In this document: positions 7,547 through 17,134 of the stretch, piece after piece
How the letters are laid out: the number at the start of each line of letters is the position of its first letter
Numbering within the stretch: the stretch's first letter is position 1
From: an uncultured Gammaproteobacteria bacterium
GTDB taxonomy: Bacteria; Patescibacteriota; Patescibacteriia; 2-01-FULL-39-33
NCBI GenBank assembly: GCA_964455185.1
Contig: CAYVUR010000003.1
Location: forward strand, 1 to 52,829
DNA length: 52,829 nt
Reading direction: 5' to 3'
Program-made: the position numbers and the translations under genes
Notes under the pieces: model-generated
Seen by the model: only the letters and a program-made list of their open reading frames with translations
What the model was told of the DNA's origin: nothing
Database searches by the model: none

Positions 7547-8266
7547 TTATTTTTTAAAAATAATCATTTTAATTAATATTAATAGATAAGCAATAATAAT
7601 TATTATTATATCTATATATTTTTCTAAGAAAAATAATGATTGATAAATTACATCTTTTATATTAATATACTCATTATCATAAGTCATTTTTTTAGTAATG
7701 GGATATGTATTATCATTATTATAAATTTCTGATTTTCCAGGGATTCTAGTTCCAAATAATTGAACTACAATATTGGTTTTTCTATTTTCAAAAATACCTC
7801 CCAAACTAGCAATACCAATCTCTTGAAATTCTCTTCTTTCAATATTTTCTCTGTGTTTATCACTTTTTATCCAAGCATCAAATAATTCTTGACTATTAGA
7901 AAAATCTATAGCAAGATTTTCACCAGCATAAAAATATGGATAACCAGATTCTTTTATCCAATAAGAAAAACGTCGACCGTCTGGAGAGGTGTGACTAAAA
8001 TAATTTTTTTCTAAAATGTCTTTAGCTTTATTAATAGCTGCTTGAGTTAATCGGGGATTGGGTATAAGTTCATTTAAGCCATGATTTAATCTATATTGAT
8101 TAGTTAAATTTATTAATTCTTCTGCTTGGGCTCCACCATAAGGTTGTGATATTTCTATTATTGGATTATTAAATCTTTCTAAAAATAAAAATCCAGCCAA
8201 TATTATTTTAGCTATTATTAAAAATACACCGCAAAGTATTATTATTTTTTCTATTTTCTCAATCAT
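7547..8266 (-). CDS. Membrane-anchored CAP/SCP (YkwD-like) domain protein
   Basis: N-terminal TM helix, then the CAP-domain pattern YRLNHGLNEL...FSHTSPDG...GENLA. C-terminal hydrophobic tail. Confidence 0.7.
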   Translation of the reverse strand: MIEKIEKIIILCGVFLIIAKIILAGFLFLERFNNPIIEISQPYGGAQAEELINLTNQYRLNHGLNELIPNPRLTQAAINKAKDILEKNYFSHTSPDGRRFSYWIKESGYPYFYAGENLAIDFSNSQELFDAWIKSDKHRENIERREFQEIGIASLGGIFENRKTNIVVQLFGTRIPGKSEIYNNDNTYPITKKMTYDNEYINIKDVIYQSLFFLEKYIDIIIIIIAYLLILIKMIIFKK

Positions 8267-8313
8267 TAATATTATTTTAGCATAAATTTAAATGATATGT
8301 TAGAATAAAAGAT

Positions 8314-9327
8314 ATGAAAAAGTTTATTATAATTATAATAATTTTAATATTTTTAATATTAAGTTCTTCTTTCTTGTTTTTAGCTTATGGTCCAGGAGGA
8401 TTTAATCAACAAATTGAATTTACTGTACAAGAGAATTTTGGCGCTTCTAGTATTGCTAATGAACTTAAAGCTAAAGGTTTAATTCGTAGTAAAATAGTTT
8501 TTAAACTTTTAGCTAGATTTTCTGGCTTGGAAAATAAATTAATAGCAGGAACTCATGTTTTTCCAGCACGAGCCAGTATAGCTGATATTCTTAAATTACT
8601 TAGCTTAAAACAATTATCATCTAGAGAAGTGAAAATAACTATTATTGAAGGTTGGAAAATTAAAGATATTGCTGAATATCTTAAAAATCAAGGTTTTTTT
8701 ACTGAAGAGGATTTTTTAGAAGCAGCAAAAATTAATAATTGGAAAAGTTTTTATTATTTTTTAGATGACCCACAAATAAAGACACTTGAAGGATATCTTT
8801 TTCCTGATACTTATATTGTTTATCGGGATGCTAAACCCGAAGATATTATTAAAAAAATGCTTGATAATTTTAAAAATAAAATTAATTCTGAGATATTAAT
8901 TGATTTAAAAAATAGTGGACGTAGTTTGCATGAAGCAATCATTTTAGCTTCTATTATTGAAAAAGAAGCGCTTTATGATGAGGATCGCTATATGATTAGT
9001 GATATTTTTCTTAAGAGATTAAAAGAAGGAATAGGATTGCAATCTGATGCTACAGTTAATTATGTAACTGGCAAAAAAACCTTACGTCCTAGTGCTAAAG
9101 ACCTTAAAATTGATTCGCCTTATAATACTTATAAATATAGAGGTTTGCCTCCGGGACCAATTTGTAATCCGGGATTAAGTTCAATTATAGCTTCAGTTTA
9201 TCCTAAATCTAATCCTTATTTTTATTTTTTAACCGATAATGAAGGACGAGCTCATTTTGCTAAAACTTATAATGAACATTTAATTAATATTGCTAAATAC
9301 CTTGATAAAAATAATAATTCTTTATAA
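8314..9327 (+). CDS. mltG: Endolytic murein transglycosylase MltG (YceG-like)
   Basis: N-terminal TM helix. LASIIEKEA, PPGPICNPG, YFYFLTDNEGRAHFAKTYNEH. Confidence 0.88.
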   Translation: MKKFIIIIIILIFLILSSSFLFLAYGPGGFNQQIEFTVQENFGASSIANELKAKGLIRSKIVFKLLARFSGLENKLIAGTHVFPARASIADILKLLSLKQLSSREVKITIIEGWKIKDIAEYLKNQGFFTEEDFLEAAKINNWKSFYYFLDDPQIKTLEGYLFPDTYIVYRDAKPEDIIKKMLDNFKNKINSEILIDLKNSGRSLHEAIILASIIEKEALYDEDRYMISDIFLKRLKEGIGLQSDATVNYVTGKKTLRPSAKDLKIDSPYNTYKYRGLPPGPICNPGLSSIIASVYPKSNPYFYFLTDNEGRAHFAKTYNEHLINIAKYLDKNNNSL

Positions 9328-9338
9328 TTTTTTAAATT

Positions 9339-9366
9339 TTGACTAGATAGTTTTTCTTGTTATAAT
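9339..9366 (+). promoter_or_regulatory. Sigma70-type promoter for the S41 peptidase gene
   Basis: TTGACT(9339-9344), 16 nt, TATAAT(9361-9366). Confidence 0.5.
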
Positions 9367-9389
9367 ATTTATAATTAAATTTATATAAA

Positions 9390-10682
9390 ATGTCAGAATT
9401 AAAAGAAAATAAAAAAATAAAATTTTTAAATAAACCAGTTTCTCTTTGGGTTGGTTTATTATTTGTTTTTTTAGCTTTTACTAGTGGGGTTTTAGCGGGA
9501 GGAAGTGGTCAGTTTTTAAATAATCAAATTATAATTAAAGGAGCTGATCCAGTTTACGCTACTTCAAGTTCAAGTGATAGTGGCAATGTAACTAACACTA
9601 AAGCAGAATTACCAAGTTATCTTCAAAAAGATGTTGATTTTAATCTTTATTGGAAAACTTGGAATATAATAAAAAGTAAATTTTATGATAAAAATGTTTT
9701 AGATACCAAACTTTTTTACGGGTCTTTAGCAGGATTAGTTTCTGCTTTAGGTGATCCATATTCTGTTTTTATGACTCCCAGCGATGCTGATGAATTTCAA
9801 AAAGATTTAGAAGGCAGTTTTGAGGGTGTGGGTATGGAAATAGCCATTAAAAATAACCAATTGATAGTTGTTTCGCCTTTAGAAGATTCGCCAGCTATGA
9901 AGGCTGGTTTACGTCCCAAAGATTGGATTATTAGAATAGATGGTGTTAGTACAGAGAAAATGAGTGCTGCTCAAGCTGTAAAATTAATCAGAGGACCCAA
10001 AGGAACAAAAGTCAAATTATCTATTTATAGAGAAGGAGCTAAGGATATTCAAGAAATAGAAGTTACTCGTGACGTAATTAATGTTAAAAGTTTAACTTGG
10101 GAATACAAAGCAAATGGATCAATTATTTGGATTAAAGTTAGACAATTTAATGATGATACAATTCCTTTATTTGATAAGGCAATCAAGGAAATAATTGCCA
10201 AAAAGAATGTTAAAGGTGTGATTCTTGATTTACGCAATAATCCTGGTGGTTATCTTGATACGGCTATTGCTATGGCTGGAGAATGGGATGGAGAGCAAGT
10301 TGTTGTTTCAGAAAGAAATAGAGAAGGTCAAGAGATTAAACATATTGCTAATTCTGTAGCTCGACTTAAAAATTACAAAACCGTAGTTTTAATAGATGCT
10401 GGTAGCGCTTCAGCTTCAGAAATTGTTGCAGGAGCTTTACAAGATTGGAAAAAAGCAACTATAGTTGGCATGAAATCATTTGGTAAAGGCTCAGTTCAGG
10501 ATTTAACTAATTTACCTGATGGTTCACAGATTAAATTAACTATTGCTAAATGGTTTACTCCCAATGGTCGTAGCATTGATGAACATGGCATTGAACCAGA
10601 TATTAAAGTTGATTTAACTGATGAAGATTATAATAAAGATCTTGACCCACAATTAGATAAAGCTTTAGAATTATTGAAATAG
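9390..10682 (+). CDS. Carboxy-terminal processing peptidase, family S41 (with PDZ domain)
   Basis: TM anchor, PDZ region, GVILDLRNNPGGYL, GSASASEI (Ser), FGKGSVQ (Lys). Confidence 0.9.
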   Translation: MSELKENKKIKFLNKPVSLWVGLLFVFLAFTSGVLAGGSGQFLNNQIIIKGADPVYATSSSSDSGNVTNTKAELPSYLQKDVDFNLYWKTWNIIKSKFYDKNVLDTKLFYGSLAGLVSALGDPYSVFMTPSDADEFQKDLEGSFEGVGMEIAIKNNQLIVVSPLEDSPAMKAGLRPKDWIIRIDGVSTEKMSAAQAVKLIRGPKGTKVKLSIYREGAKDIQEIEVTRDVINVKSLTWEYKANGSIIWIKVRQFNDDTIPLFDKAIKEIIAKKNVKGVILDLRNNPGGYLDTAIAMAGEWDGEQVVVSERNREGQEIKHIANSVARLKNYKTVVLIDAGSASASEIVAGALQDWKKATIVGMKSFGKGSVQDLTNLPDGSQIKLTIAKWFTPNGRSIDEHGIEPDIKVDLTDEDYNKDLDPQLDKALELLK

Positions 10683-10694
10683 TTATTAATTATT

Positions 10695-11135
10695 ATGAAA
10701 GTTATATATTTAAAAAATGAAGGAGAATATAAAAAAGGAGATATTAAAGAAGTTGCTGAAGGTTATTTTCGTAATTTTTTATTACCTAAAGGCATAGCTG
10801 TTTTAGCAGATAAGATTAATGTTTTCAAAGTCAAACAAGAATTAGATAAAAAGAATAAAGAAAAAAAAGGAAATTTATATGAATTACAGCAATTAGCTAA
10901 AATTATAAATGGACGTAAAGTAGAAATTATTTCTAAAGCTAATTCTAATGGTAAACTTTATGCTTCTGTTAGTTCCGAAGATGTTTTATTAGCATTAGTT
11001 AAACAAGGAATTAAAATTAAAAACGCCAAAATAATTTTTGAATCACATATAAAAGAGGCTGGTAATTATAAAGTTAAAATTGACTTAGGTCATGGAATTA
11101 TATCTGAAATAAATTTAGTAGTTAAAGTATGTTAA
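10695..11135 (+). CDS. rplI: Ribosomal protein L9
   Basis: MKVIYLKN...GDIKEVAEGYFRNFLLPKGIA N-domain, 146 aa. Confidence 0.9.
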   Translation: MKVIYLKNEGEYKKGDIKEVAEGYFRNFLLPKGIAVLADKINVFKVKQELDKKNKEKKGNLYELQQLAKIINGRKVEIISKANSNGKLYASVSSEDVLLALVKQGIKIKNAKIIFESHIKEAGNYKVKIDLGHGIISEINLVVKVC

Positions 11136-11173
11136 TAATAATTGGTAATTTTTTTGTTTATTAAAAAATAAAT

Positions 11174-11196
11174 AAGGGGTAATTGCCCCTTTTTTG
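11174..11196 (+). terminator. Intrinsic terminator after rplI
   Basis: AAGGGG(11174-11179)-taattg-CCCCTT(11186-11191) followed by TTTTT. Confidence 0.6.
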
Positions 11197-11233
11197 GTTT
11201 AATTAATATTTAATAATAATAAATCAGTATAGT

Positions 11234-12859
11234 ATGTCTAAATATATTTTTGTAGTAGGAGGAGTCATGTCAGGAGTTGGTAAAGGTATTGCCGCTGCCT
11301 CAATTGGTAAAATTCTTCAATCAAAAGGTTTTAAAGTAACCGCTGTTAAAATTGATCCTTATCTTAATGTTGATGCCGGAACTATGAACCCAATAGAACA
11401 TGGAGAAGTTTTTGTGACTGCTGACGGAGATGAAACCGATCAAGATATTGGTAATTATGAAAGATTTTTAGATACAGAAATTTTACGCGATAATTATATG
11501 ACTAGCGGTCGAGTTTATCAATCAGTAATTAATCGCGAGAGAAATTTAGAATATGGCGGTAAATGTGTTGAAGCTGTACCTCATATTCCTTATGAAGTTA
11601 TTGATCGCATTAAGAAAGCAGAAGAAAAAGCTGGAGCTGAGATTACAATTATTGAAATTGGCGGCACTGTCGGTGAATTTCAAAACGCTCTTTTTTTAGA
11701 AGCGGCGCGTATGATGAATTTAAAAAATCCAGATGATGTAATTGTAGTAGTAGTAAGTTATTTACCGATACCTTCAAAAATTGGAGAAATGAAAACTAAA
11801 CCAACACAAATGGCAGTGCGAGCTCTTAATGAAGTAGGATTAATGGCTGATTTTTTATTATGTCGTTCTACTCATCCTATTGATACGCCGCGTCGTGAAA
11901 AGTTAGCTTTGTTTTGTAATGTGAAGCCAGAAAATGTAATTTCTGCTCCGGATGTTGATAGTGTATATGATATTCCTATTAATTTTGAAAAAGAAAATTT
12001 AGGAGATAAAATTTTATTAGAATTAAAATTAGAACCACGACAAAAAGATTTAGAAGAATGGCGTGTTTTTGTTGATAAAGTAAATAATGTAATAGAACCA
12101 ATTAAAATTGGAATTGTTGGTAAATATTTTGAATCAGGAGATTTTATTTTACCTGACGCTTATATTTCTGTTATTGAAAGTTTGAAATATGCTGCTTGGC
12201 ATAATAATCGAAAACCAATAATTGAATGGATTAATTCTGATTTATATGAAAAAGAACCAGAAAAATTAGTTGAACTCAACAATTATAATTGTTTAGTAGT
12301 GCCGGGTGGATTTGGTAGTAGGGGAGTTGAAGGTAAAATATCGGCTATTAAATTTGCTAGAGAAAATAAAATACCTTATCTTGGTCTATGTTATGGTATG
12401 CAATTAGCTACAATTGAATTTGCTAGAAATGTGTGTGGTTTAAATGATGCTAATACAACTGAAATTAATCCACATACTATGAATCCTGTAATTCATATTA
12501 TTCCAGAACAAGCTGAAAAATTGGCTAATAAACAATATGGCAATACTATGCGTTTAGGCGTTTATCCTTGTGTTCTTAAAGAGGGAAGTTTAGTAAGAAA
12601 ATTATATCAACAAACAGAAATTTATGAGCGTCATAGACATCGTTATGAATTTAATTTAGCATATAAAAATAAAATGGAAGAAGCCGGATTAGTTTTTTCT
12701 GGTATGAGTCCAGATGGGGAATTAGTAGAAATTATTGAATTATCTCAAGATCAGCATCCTTTTTTTATTGGTGTACAATTTCATCCTGAATTTTTATCAC
12801 GACCATTAAAGCCCCATCCTTTATTTTTTGGTTTAATTCAAGCTGGAATTAATAAATAA
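11234..12859 (+). CDS. pyrG: CTP synthase
   Basis: MSKYIFVVGGVMSGVGKGI start. GATase motifs GLCYGMQ and HRHRYEFN. 541 aa. Confidence 0.97.
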   Translation: MSKYIFVVGGVMSGVGKGIAAASIGKILQSKGFKVTAVKIDPYLNVDAGTMNPIEHGEVFVTADGDETDQDIGNYERFLDTEILRDNYMTSGRVYQSVINRERNLEYGGKCVEAVPHIPYEVIDRIKKAEEKAGAEITIIEIGGTVGEFQNALFLEAARMMNLKNPDDVIVVVVSYLPIPSKIGEMKTKPTQMAVRALNEVGLMADFLLCRSTHPIDTPRREKLALFCNVKPENVISAPDVDSVYDIPINFEKENLGDKILLELKLEPRQKDLEEWRVFVDKVNNVIEPIKIGIVGKYFESGDFILPDAYISVIESLKYAAWHNNRKPIIEWINSDLYEKEPEKLVELNNYNCLVVPGGFGSRGVEGKISAIKFARENKIPYLGLCYGMQLATIEFARNVCGLNDANTTEINPHTMNPVIHIIPEQAEKLANKQYGNTMRLGVYPCVLKEGSLVRKLYQQTEIYERHRHRYEFNLAYKNKMEEAGLVFSGMSPDGELVEIIELSQDQHPFFIGVQFHPEFLSRPLKPHPLFFGLIQAGINK

Positions 12860-12862
12860 AAT

Positions 12863-12890
12863 AAAACCCCAATTTAGGGGATTTTATTTT
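12863..12890. terminator. Putative bidirectional terminator between convergent pyrG and rpmA
   Basis: AAAACCCC-aattta-GGGGaTTTT, with A/T runs on both sides. Confidence 0.4.
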
Positions 12891-12912
12891 ATTTAATTTT
12901 TTTATAGAATTA

Positions 12913-13185
12913 TTATTCTACACTAACAATTTGAGCAAATTCTAATTTTCCAGTGAATTTTTTGACTTTTTTCTTATTAAATTTTACTTTGCCGGGAGCA
13001 GTAGCAAAAATACTATCATCATTAGCACGTTTAGTGTTTTTACCGGGACGATAACGAGTGCCGCGCTGTTTAACGATAATAGAGCCAATTTTAGCAAGTT
13101 CTCCACCATAAAGTTTAATACCTAAACGTTGCGCATTAGAATCTCGCCCTAAACGGGTGCTACCTCCCGCTTTTTTATGAGCCAT
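12913..13185 (-). CDS. rpmA: Ribosomal protein L27
   Basis: [24 protein letters not shown], 90 aa. Confidence 0.96.
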   Translation of the reverse strand: MAHKKAGGSTRLGRDSNAQRLGIKLYGGELAKIGSIIVKQRGTRYRPGKNTKRANDDSIFATAPGKVKFNKKKVKKFTGKLEFAQIVSVE

Positions 13186-13287
13186 ATATTAAGATTTATT
13201 TGTTATTTATATTTATTTATTTGTTTTGGCTTTTCCACAGCTAATCCCTGCAAAGATTAGTTAAAACCAAAATAATAATTCTATCGT

Positions 13288-13316
13288 ATTTTAATAGTTT
13301 TGATTTAATTTGTCAA
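13288..13316 (-). promoter_or_regulatory. Sigma70-type promoter for rpmA
   Basis: On the minus strand: TTGACA(13316-13311), 17 nt, TAAAAT(13293-13288). Implies a ~95-nt 5' UTR. Confidence 0.55.
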
Positions 13317-13372
13317 ATTTATTTTACTTTTAAAAATTTTAAAATATTTTAAAATTAGTATAATTTAAATAT

Positions 13373-14554
13373 ATGACACTTAAAGATCAAGCAAAAAATT
13401 TACCTTTAGCTCCAGGAGTATATCAATATTTAGATAATCAGAAAAATATTTTATATATTGGCCGAGCTACTAATTTACGTCGCCGAGTTTTACAATATTT
13501 TAAACCTAATATAGAGCCACGTATTGAAGAAATGATTTCTTTGGCCTCAAAAATAAAATATACAAAAACAGATTCAGTTTTGGAGGCAATTATTCTTGAA
13601 GCTAATTTAATAAAAAAATATTGGCCTAAATATAATATTAAAGATAAAGATAATCGTTCTTTTGTTTGGTTAGTTTTTACTTCTGGTGATTATCCTAAAC
13701 CAATTATAATTCGCGAACGTGAATTATCTAAATTTCCTACAGATAAATTTAAAGTATTCGGTCCTTTTACAAGTTATTCATTACTTAAAGAAGCGTTAAA
13801 AATTTTACGTCGTATTTTTCCTTATAGTACTTGTAAACCAAATTCTGGATCCCCATGCTTTGATTATCAAATTGGTCAATGTCCAGGTGTTTGTATCGGT
13901 AAAATTTCACCTAATCAATATCAAAAAAATATTAAAGCTTTAATAATGATTTTTTCTGGTCAAAAAAAAATATTATTAAAAAAATTGTTTAAATCCGATC
14001 CTAAAATAACTGCAGCACTTAAACAAATTAATGATGTTGCTCTAATTTCTCGTGATGAATTATTAAATTTACCTCAGATTAATCGTATTGAGGCTTACGA
14101 TATTTCACATTTTTCAGGCAAGGAAACTATTGGGGCTATGTCAGTTTTTATCAATGGAGTTGCCGATAAAAGTAGTTATCGTTTGTTTAATATTAAAAAT
14201 ACAGGGAATAATGATTTTGCAGCTTTACAAGAGATGATTGAAAGGCGTCTTAATCATAAAGAATGGCCATTACCAGAAATTTTTTTAATTGATGGTGGTA
14301 GGCCGCAAATTAATTTTTTAATTAAATTATTTTCTAAGCGACAAATTGTTAAACCAATTATAGGTATTTCAAAATTGACAGGAGATAAATTAATTTTTCC
14401 TATAAAAACTTCCAAAGCAATTAAAGAATTAGCTGAACAACTTAAACCTATATTATTATATGCCCGCGATGAAGCACACCGTTTTAGTAATAAAGCTCGC
14501 CAACGTAAAATGAAAATTAATAGATTTGCTATTAATAAAGATTATATGTTATAA
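13373..14554 (+). CDS. uvrC: Short UvrC-like excinuclease subunit (393 aa)
   Basis: GIY-YIG (GVYQYLD..ILYIGRATNLRRRV). Cys cluster CKPNSGSPCFDYQIGQCPGVC. Second nuclease region IEAYDISHFSG...FLIDGGRPQ...RDEAHRF. The ORF ends before any HhH region. Confidence 0.8.
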   Translation: MTLKDQAKNLPLAPGVYQYLDNQKNILYIGRATNLRRRVLQYFKPNIEPRIEEMISLASKIKYTKTDSVLEAIILEANLIKKYWPKYNIKDKDNRSFVWLVFTSGDYPKPIIIRERELSKFPTDKFKVFGPFTSYSLLKEALKILRRIFPYSTCKPNSGSPCFDYQIGQCPGVCIGKISPNQYQKNIKALIMIFSGQKKILLKKLFKSDPKITAALKQINDVALISRDELLNLPQINRIEAYDISHFSGKETIGAMSVFINGVADKSSYRLFNIKNTGNNDFAALQEMIERRLNHKEWPLPEIFLIDGGRPQINFLIKLFSKRQIVKPIIGISKLTGDKLIFPIKTSKAIKELAEQLKPILLYARDEAHRFSNKARQRKMKINRFAINKDYML

Positions 14555-14582
14555 TAAAAATAATAATTAAATTTTTAAAAAT

Positions 14583-15473
14583 ATGAAAGAAAATGAAAAA
14601 GAATCTTTTTTTTCTAAATTAGATGAAATTTCAGACTTTTCTAATTCTAATAATTCTTCTAAATTTGAATTTTCAAATTTTAGAATAAAAAATAAACTAA
14701 TTTTGCCTAACCCTTTTAATCAATTAATAACTGCTTGGAAAATTTTTATTAGAAATTGGCAACATTTAGTTTTATTAACAGTTATTCCAATGATTTTAGT
14801 AGTTATTTTAGGTTTTTTTTTTTTTTTTTTGAATTGGATAACTTTTATTCCATTTGATCAAATCGAATCGCACACCAATGATTATACAGTTGAAATTTTA
14901 GGTTTAGTTTTTTTGGTTTCTAATTCTTTTTTTTCTAATATTCCTTTAGTTATATTTTTAACTGTAGTTTTTTTATTTTTTAGTTTAATAGTTTATCTTA
15001 TAATTTCAGTGGCTCAATTAATTGTATTAAAAAATGATGGAAGAAAAATTGATTTAGTATTAATAATTAAACAATCTTTTGCTTATATATTGAAATATTT
15101 TATTTTTATGATTCTTTATTCCACATGTTTATTAATTGGTTTATTGTTTTTAGTTATACCTGGCATAATTTTTATGGTTTGGTTTGGATTAGGTTATTTA
15201 GCAGTTGTTTTTGATGATTGCAAGCCGATTGAAGCTTTTAAACGTAGTAAAGAATTAGTGAAAGGTTATTGGTGGGATATATTTATTCGTTTTGTTTTTT
15301 TTGCTATTTTCTCATTTTTAGTTGCCTTGTTAATATTATTATTAAGAATTATTTTAAAGACAGATTATGTAGCAATTATATCTAATCTAATTTCTTTAGT
15401 AATGACTCCTTTATCAGTTGCTTATTTTACTGTTATTTATCAAGATTTAAAATTAATCAAAGAAAATAAATAA
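14583..15473 (+). CDS. Multi-pass membrane protein, function unknown
   Basis: 296 aa with several long hydrophobic segments (LFLVIPGIIFMVWFGLGYLAVVF). Contains the T18 tract. Confidence 0.7.
   Translation: MKENEKESFFSKLDEISDFSNSNNSSKFEFSNFRIKNKLILPNPFNQLITAWKIFIRNWQHLVLLTVIPMILVVILGFFFFFLNWITFIPFDQIESHTNDYTVEILGLVFLVSNSFFSNIPLVIFLTVVFLFFSLIVYLIISVAQLIVLKNDGRKIDLVLIIKQSFAYILKYFIFMILYSTCLLIGLLFLVIPGIIFMVWFGLGYLAVVFDDCKPIEAFKRSKELVKGYWWDIFIRFVFFAIFSFLVALLILLLRIILKTDYVAIISNLISLVMTPLSVAYFTVIYQDLKLIKENK
14813..14830 (+). repeat. T18 homopolymer inside the coding sequence
   Basis: 18 consecutive T, read as GGT TTT x5 TTG (G-FFFFF-L). Confidence 0.95.
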
Positions 15474-15485
15474 TAATACAAAAAT

Positions 15486-16151
15486 ATGAAAAATTTTAAA
15501 AAATCATTTTTTATTATTAGTTTAATTTTTTTAAGTTTAATAATAACCCCAACTGTTTCTGCTGTAGTTAATAATCAAAATAATCAATCTATTTCCGGTT
15601 CCAGAATTCAAACAGCAACTCAGAATACTGGAGCGTCAACTACCTTAAGAAATACAATACGAACAGTTGCTAATGGAGCTATTGATAAGTGTTCTACAAT
15701 AGAATCTAGAATACAACTTAAAGTTGGTAATTTTGATAACAAAAAAATTAGCCATTTAGAAGCATACAATAATATGAAAGAAAGATTAGCTAAAATTGAT
15801 GTTAGATTAACTGAGAAAGGATTAAATACTTCTAAATTAAAGTCTTATTTAGTTGTTTTAGATGAAAAAATTAAAAAATTTACTATTGATTATGCTAATT
15901 ATATTAATAAATTAAAGGAATCACAAATTTCAGTTTGTGGAAAGTCAAAAGGTGAATTTTTAGCAAAAATAAAAGAAGCAAAAGCGGCTTTAAAAATTGT
16001 ACATCAGGATATTTTAGATATCAAATCTTATTATGTAAATACCATTAAACCAGAACTACAAAATTTAAAGAAACAACTTAATGATTTAATTGCTACTTCA
16101 TCGAAATCTACAAATTTAAATCTTGAAAATCAAGCAAATTTAACTGAATAA
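15486..16151 (+). CDS. Secreted helical protein, function unknown
   Basis: 221 aa. N-terminal signal-like segment FFIISLIFLSLIITPTVSA. The rest is Lys/Asn-rich and helical-looking. Confidence 0.65.
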   Translation: MKNFKKSFFIISLIFLSLIITPTVSAVVNNQNNQSISGSRIQTATQNTGASTTLRNTIRTVANGAIDKCSTIESRIQLKVGNFDNKKISHLEAYNNMKERLAKIDVRLTEKGLNTSKLKSYLVVLDEKIKKFTIDYANYINKLKESQISVCGKSKGEFLAKIKEAKAALKIVHQDILDIKSYYVNTIKPELQNLKKQLNDLIATSSKSTNLNLENQANLTE

Positions 16152-16178
16152 AATTAATTAAATTATTAAATAAATTAT

Positions 16179-16436
16179 ATGAAAAAAACAATTTTTAATA
16201 TTTTTATTTTAGTTTCTTTATCTTTAGTATTATCTGGTTGTGGATTAAAAAATCAATATCAAAATAAAGAATCAGCACCGCAACAAACTTCAATTATTAC
16301 AAATCAATCATTACAGCAAGAAGAAAATAATATTAATCTTGATGAAGAAATGACGAATCTTGATATAACAATTGATAGTGCTAAAGAAACTGATTTTTCT
16401 CAAGATGAATTATCTGATTCTAATTTAGGAATATAA
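16179..16436 (+). CDS. Small putative lipoprotein
   Basis: 85 aa. Signal peptide ending in lipobox LSGC, then an acidic, Gln-rich mature part. Confidence 0.6.
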   Translation: MKKTIFNIFILVSLSLVLSGCGLKNQYQNKESAPQQTSIITNQSLQQEENNINLDEEMTNLDITIDSAKETDFSQDELSDSNLGI

Positions 16437-16447
16437 TTAATTAAAAT

Positions 16448-16478
16448 AAAAACGAGATTTTCAAAATCTCGTTTTTTT
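16448..16478 (+). terminator. Intrinsic terminator
   Basis: AAAACGAGATTTT-c-AAAATCTCGTTTT followed by TTTT. Confidence 0.75.
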
Positions 16479-16492
16479 GTTATGCTGATTTC

Positions 16493-17125
16493 ATGAATAA
16501 AATATTTGCTGTATACAAACCTAAAGGAGTTTCGTCTTTTGCTGTAATAAAACAATTACGTAAATCTTGGGGAATTAAAAAAATAGGTCATGCGGGAACC
16601 TTAGATCCTTTAGCTCAAGGTGTTTTAGTTGTTGGGGTTGGTAGAGAAGCTACCAAAAAACTTTCTTCTGAGGTTACTAAAGAAAAAGAATATATAGCAA
16701 CAATTAAATTAGGAGAATATAGTACAACTGATGATGCTGAAGGAGAAAAAAACAAAATAAACGATTATCAACCAAAGAAAAAAGAAATAAAAGAAACATT
16801 ATCTCAATTCATTGGTGAAATTATGCAAGTTCCTCCTAATTTTTCTGCTATAAAAATTAAAGGTAATCGAGCTTATAAAATGGCTAGAGAGGGAAAAAAA
16901 ATAGAATTAAAAGCTCGTTTAGTTTTAATAAAAGAAATAGAATTATTAGATTATAATTATCCTTTTTTAAAAATTCGTGTAATAACTGGTCCCGGAGTTT
17001 ATATTAGATCATTAGCTCGAGATATTGGGCAAAAATTAGGAATAGGAGCTTATTTGTCAGAATTAGAAAGAATTCGAGTAGGTGAATTTAAAATTAGTGA
17101 TTGTTGTAATTTAATAAAAGATTAA
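16493..17125 (+). CDS. truB: tRNA pseudouridine(55) synthase TruB (short form, 210 aa)
   Basis: KPKGVSSF and GHAGTLDPLAQGVL (catalytic Asp). Confidence 0.9.
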   Translation: MNKIFAVYKPKGVSSFAVIKQLRKSWGIKKIGHAGTLDPLAQGVLVVGVGREATKKLSSEVTKEKEYIATIKLGEYSTTDDAEGEKNKINDYQPKKKEIKETLSQFIGEIMQVPPNFSAIKIKGNRAYKMAREGKKIELKARLVLIKEIELLDYNYPFLKIRVITGPGVYIRSLARDIGQKLGIGAYLSELERIRVGEFKISDCCNLIKD

Positions 17126-17134
17126 AATTAATTT

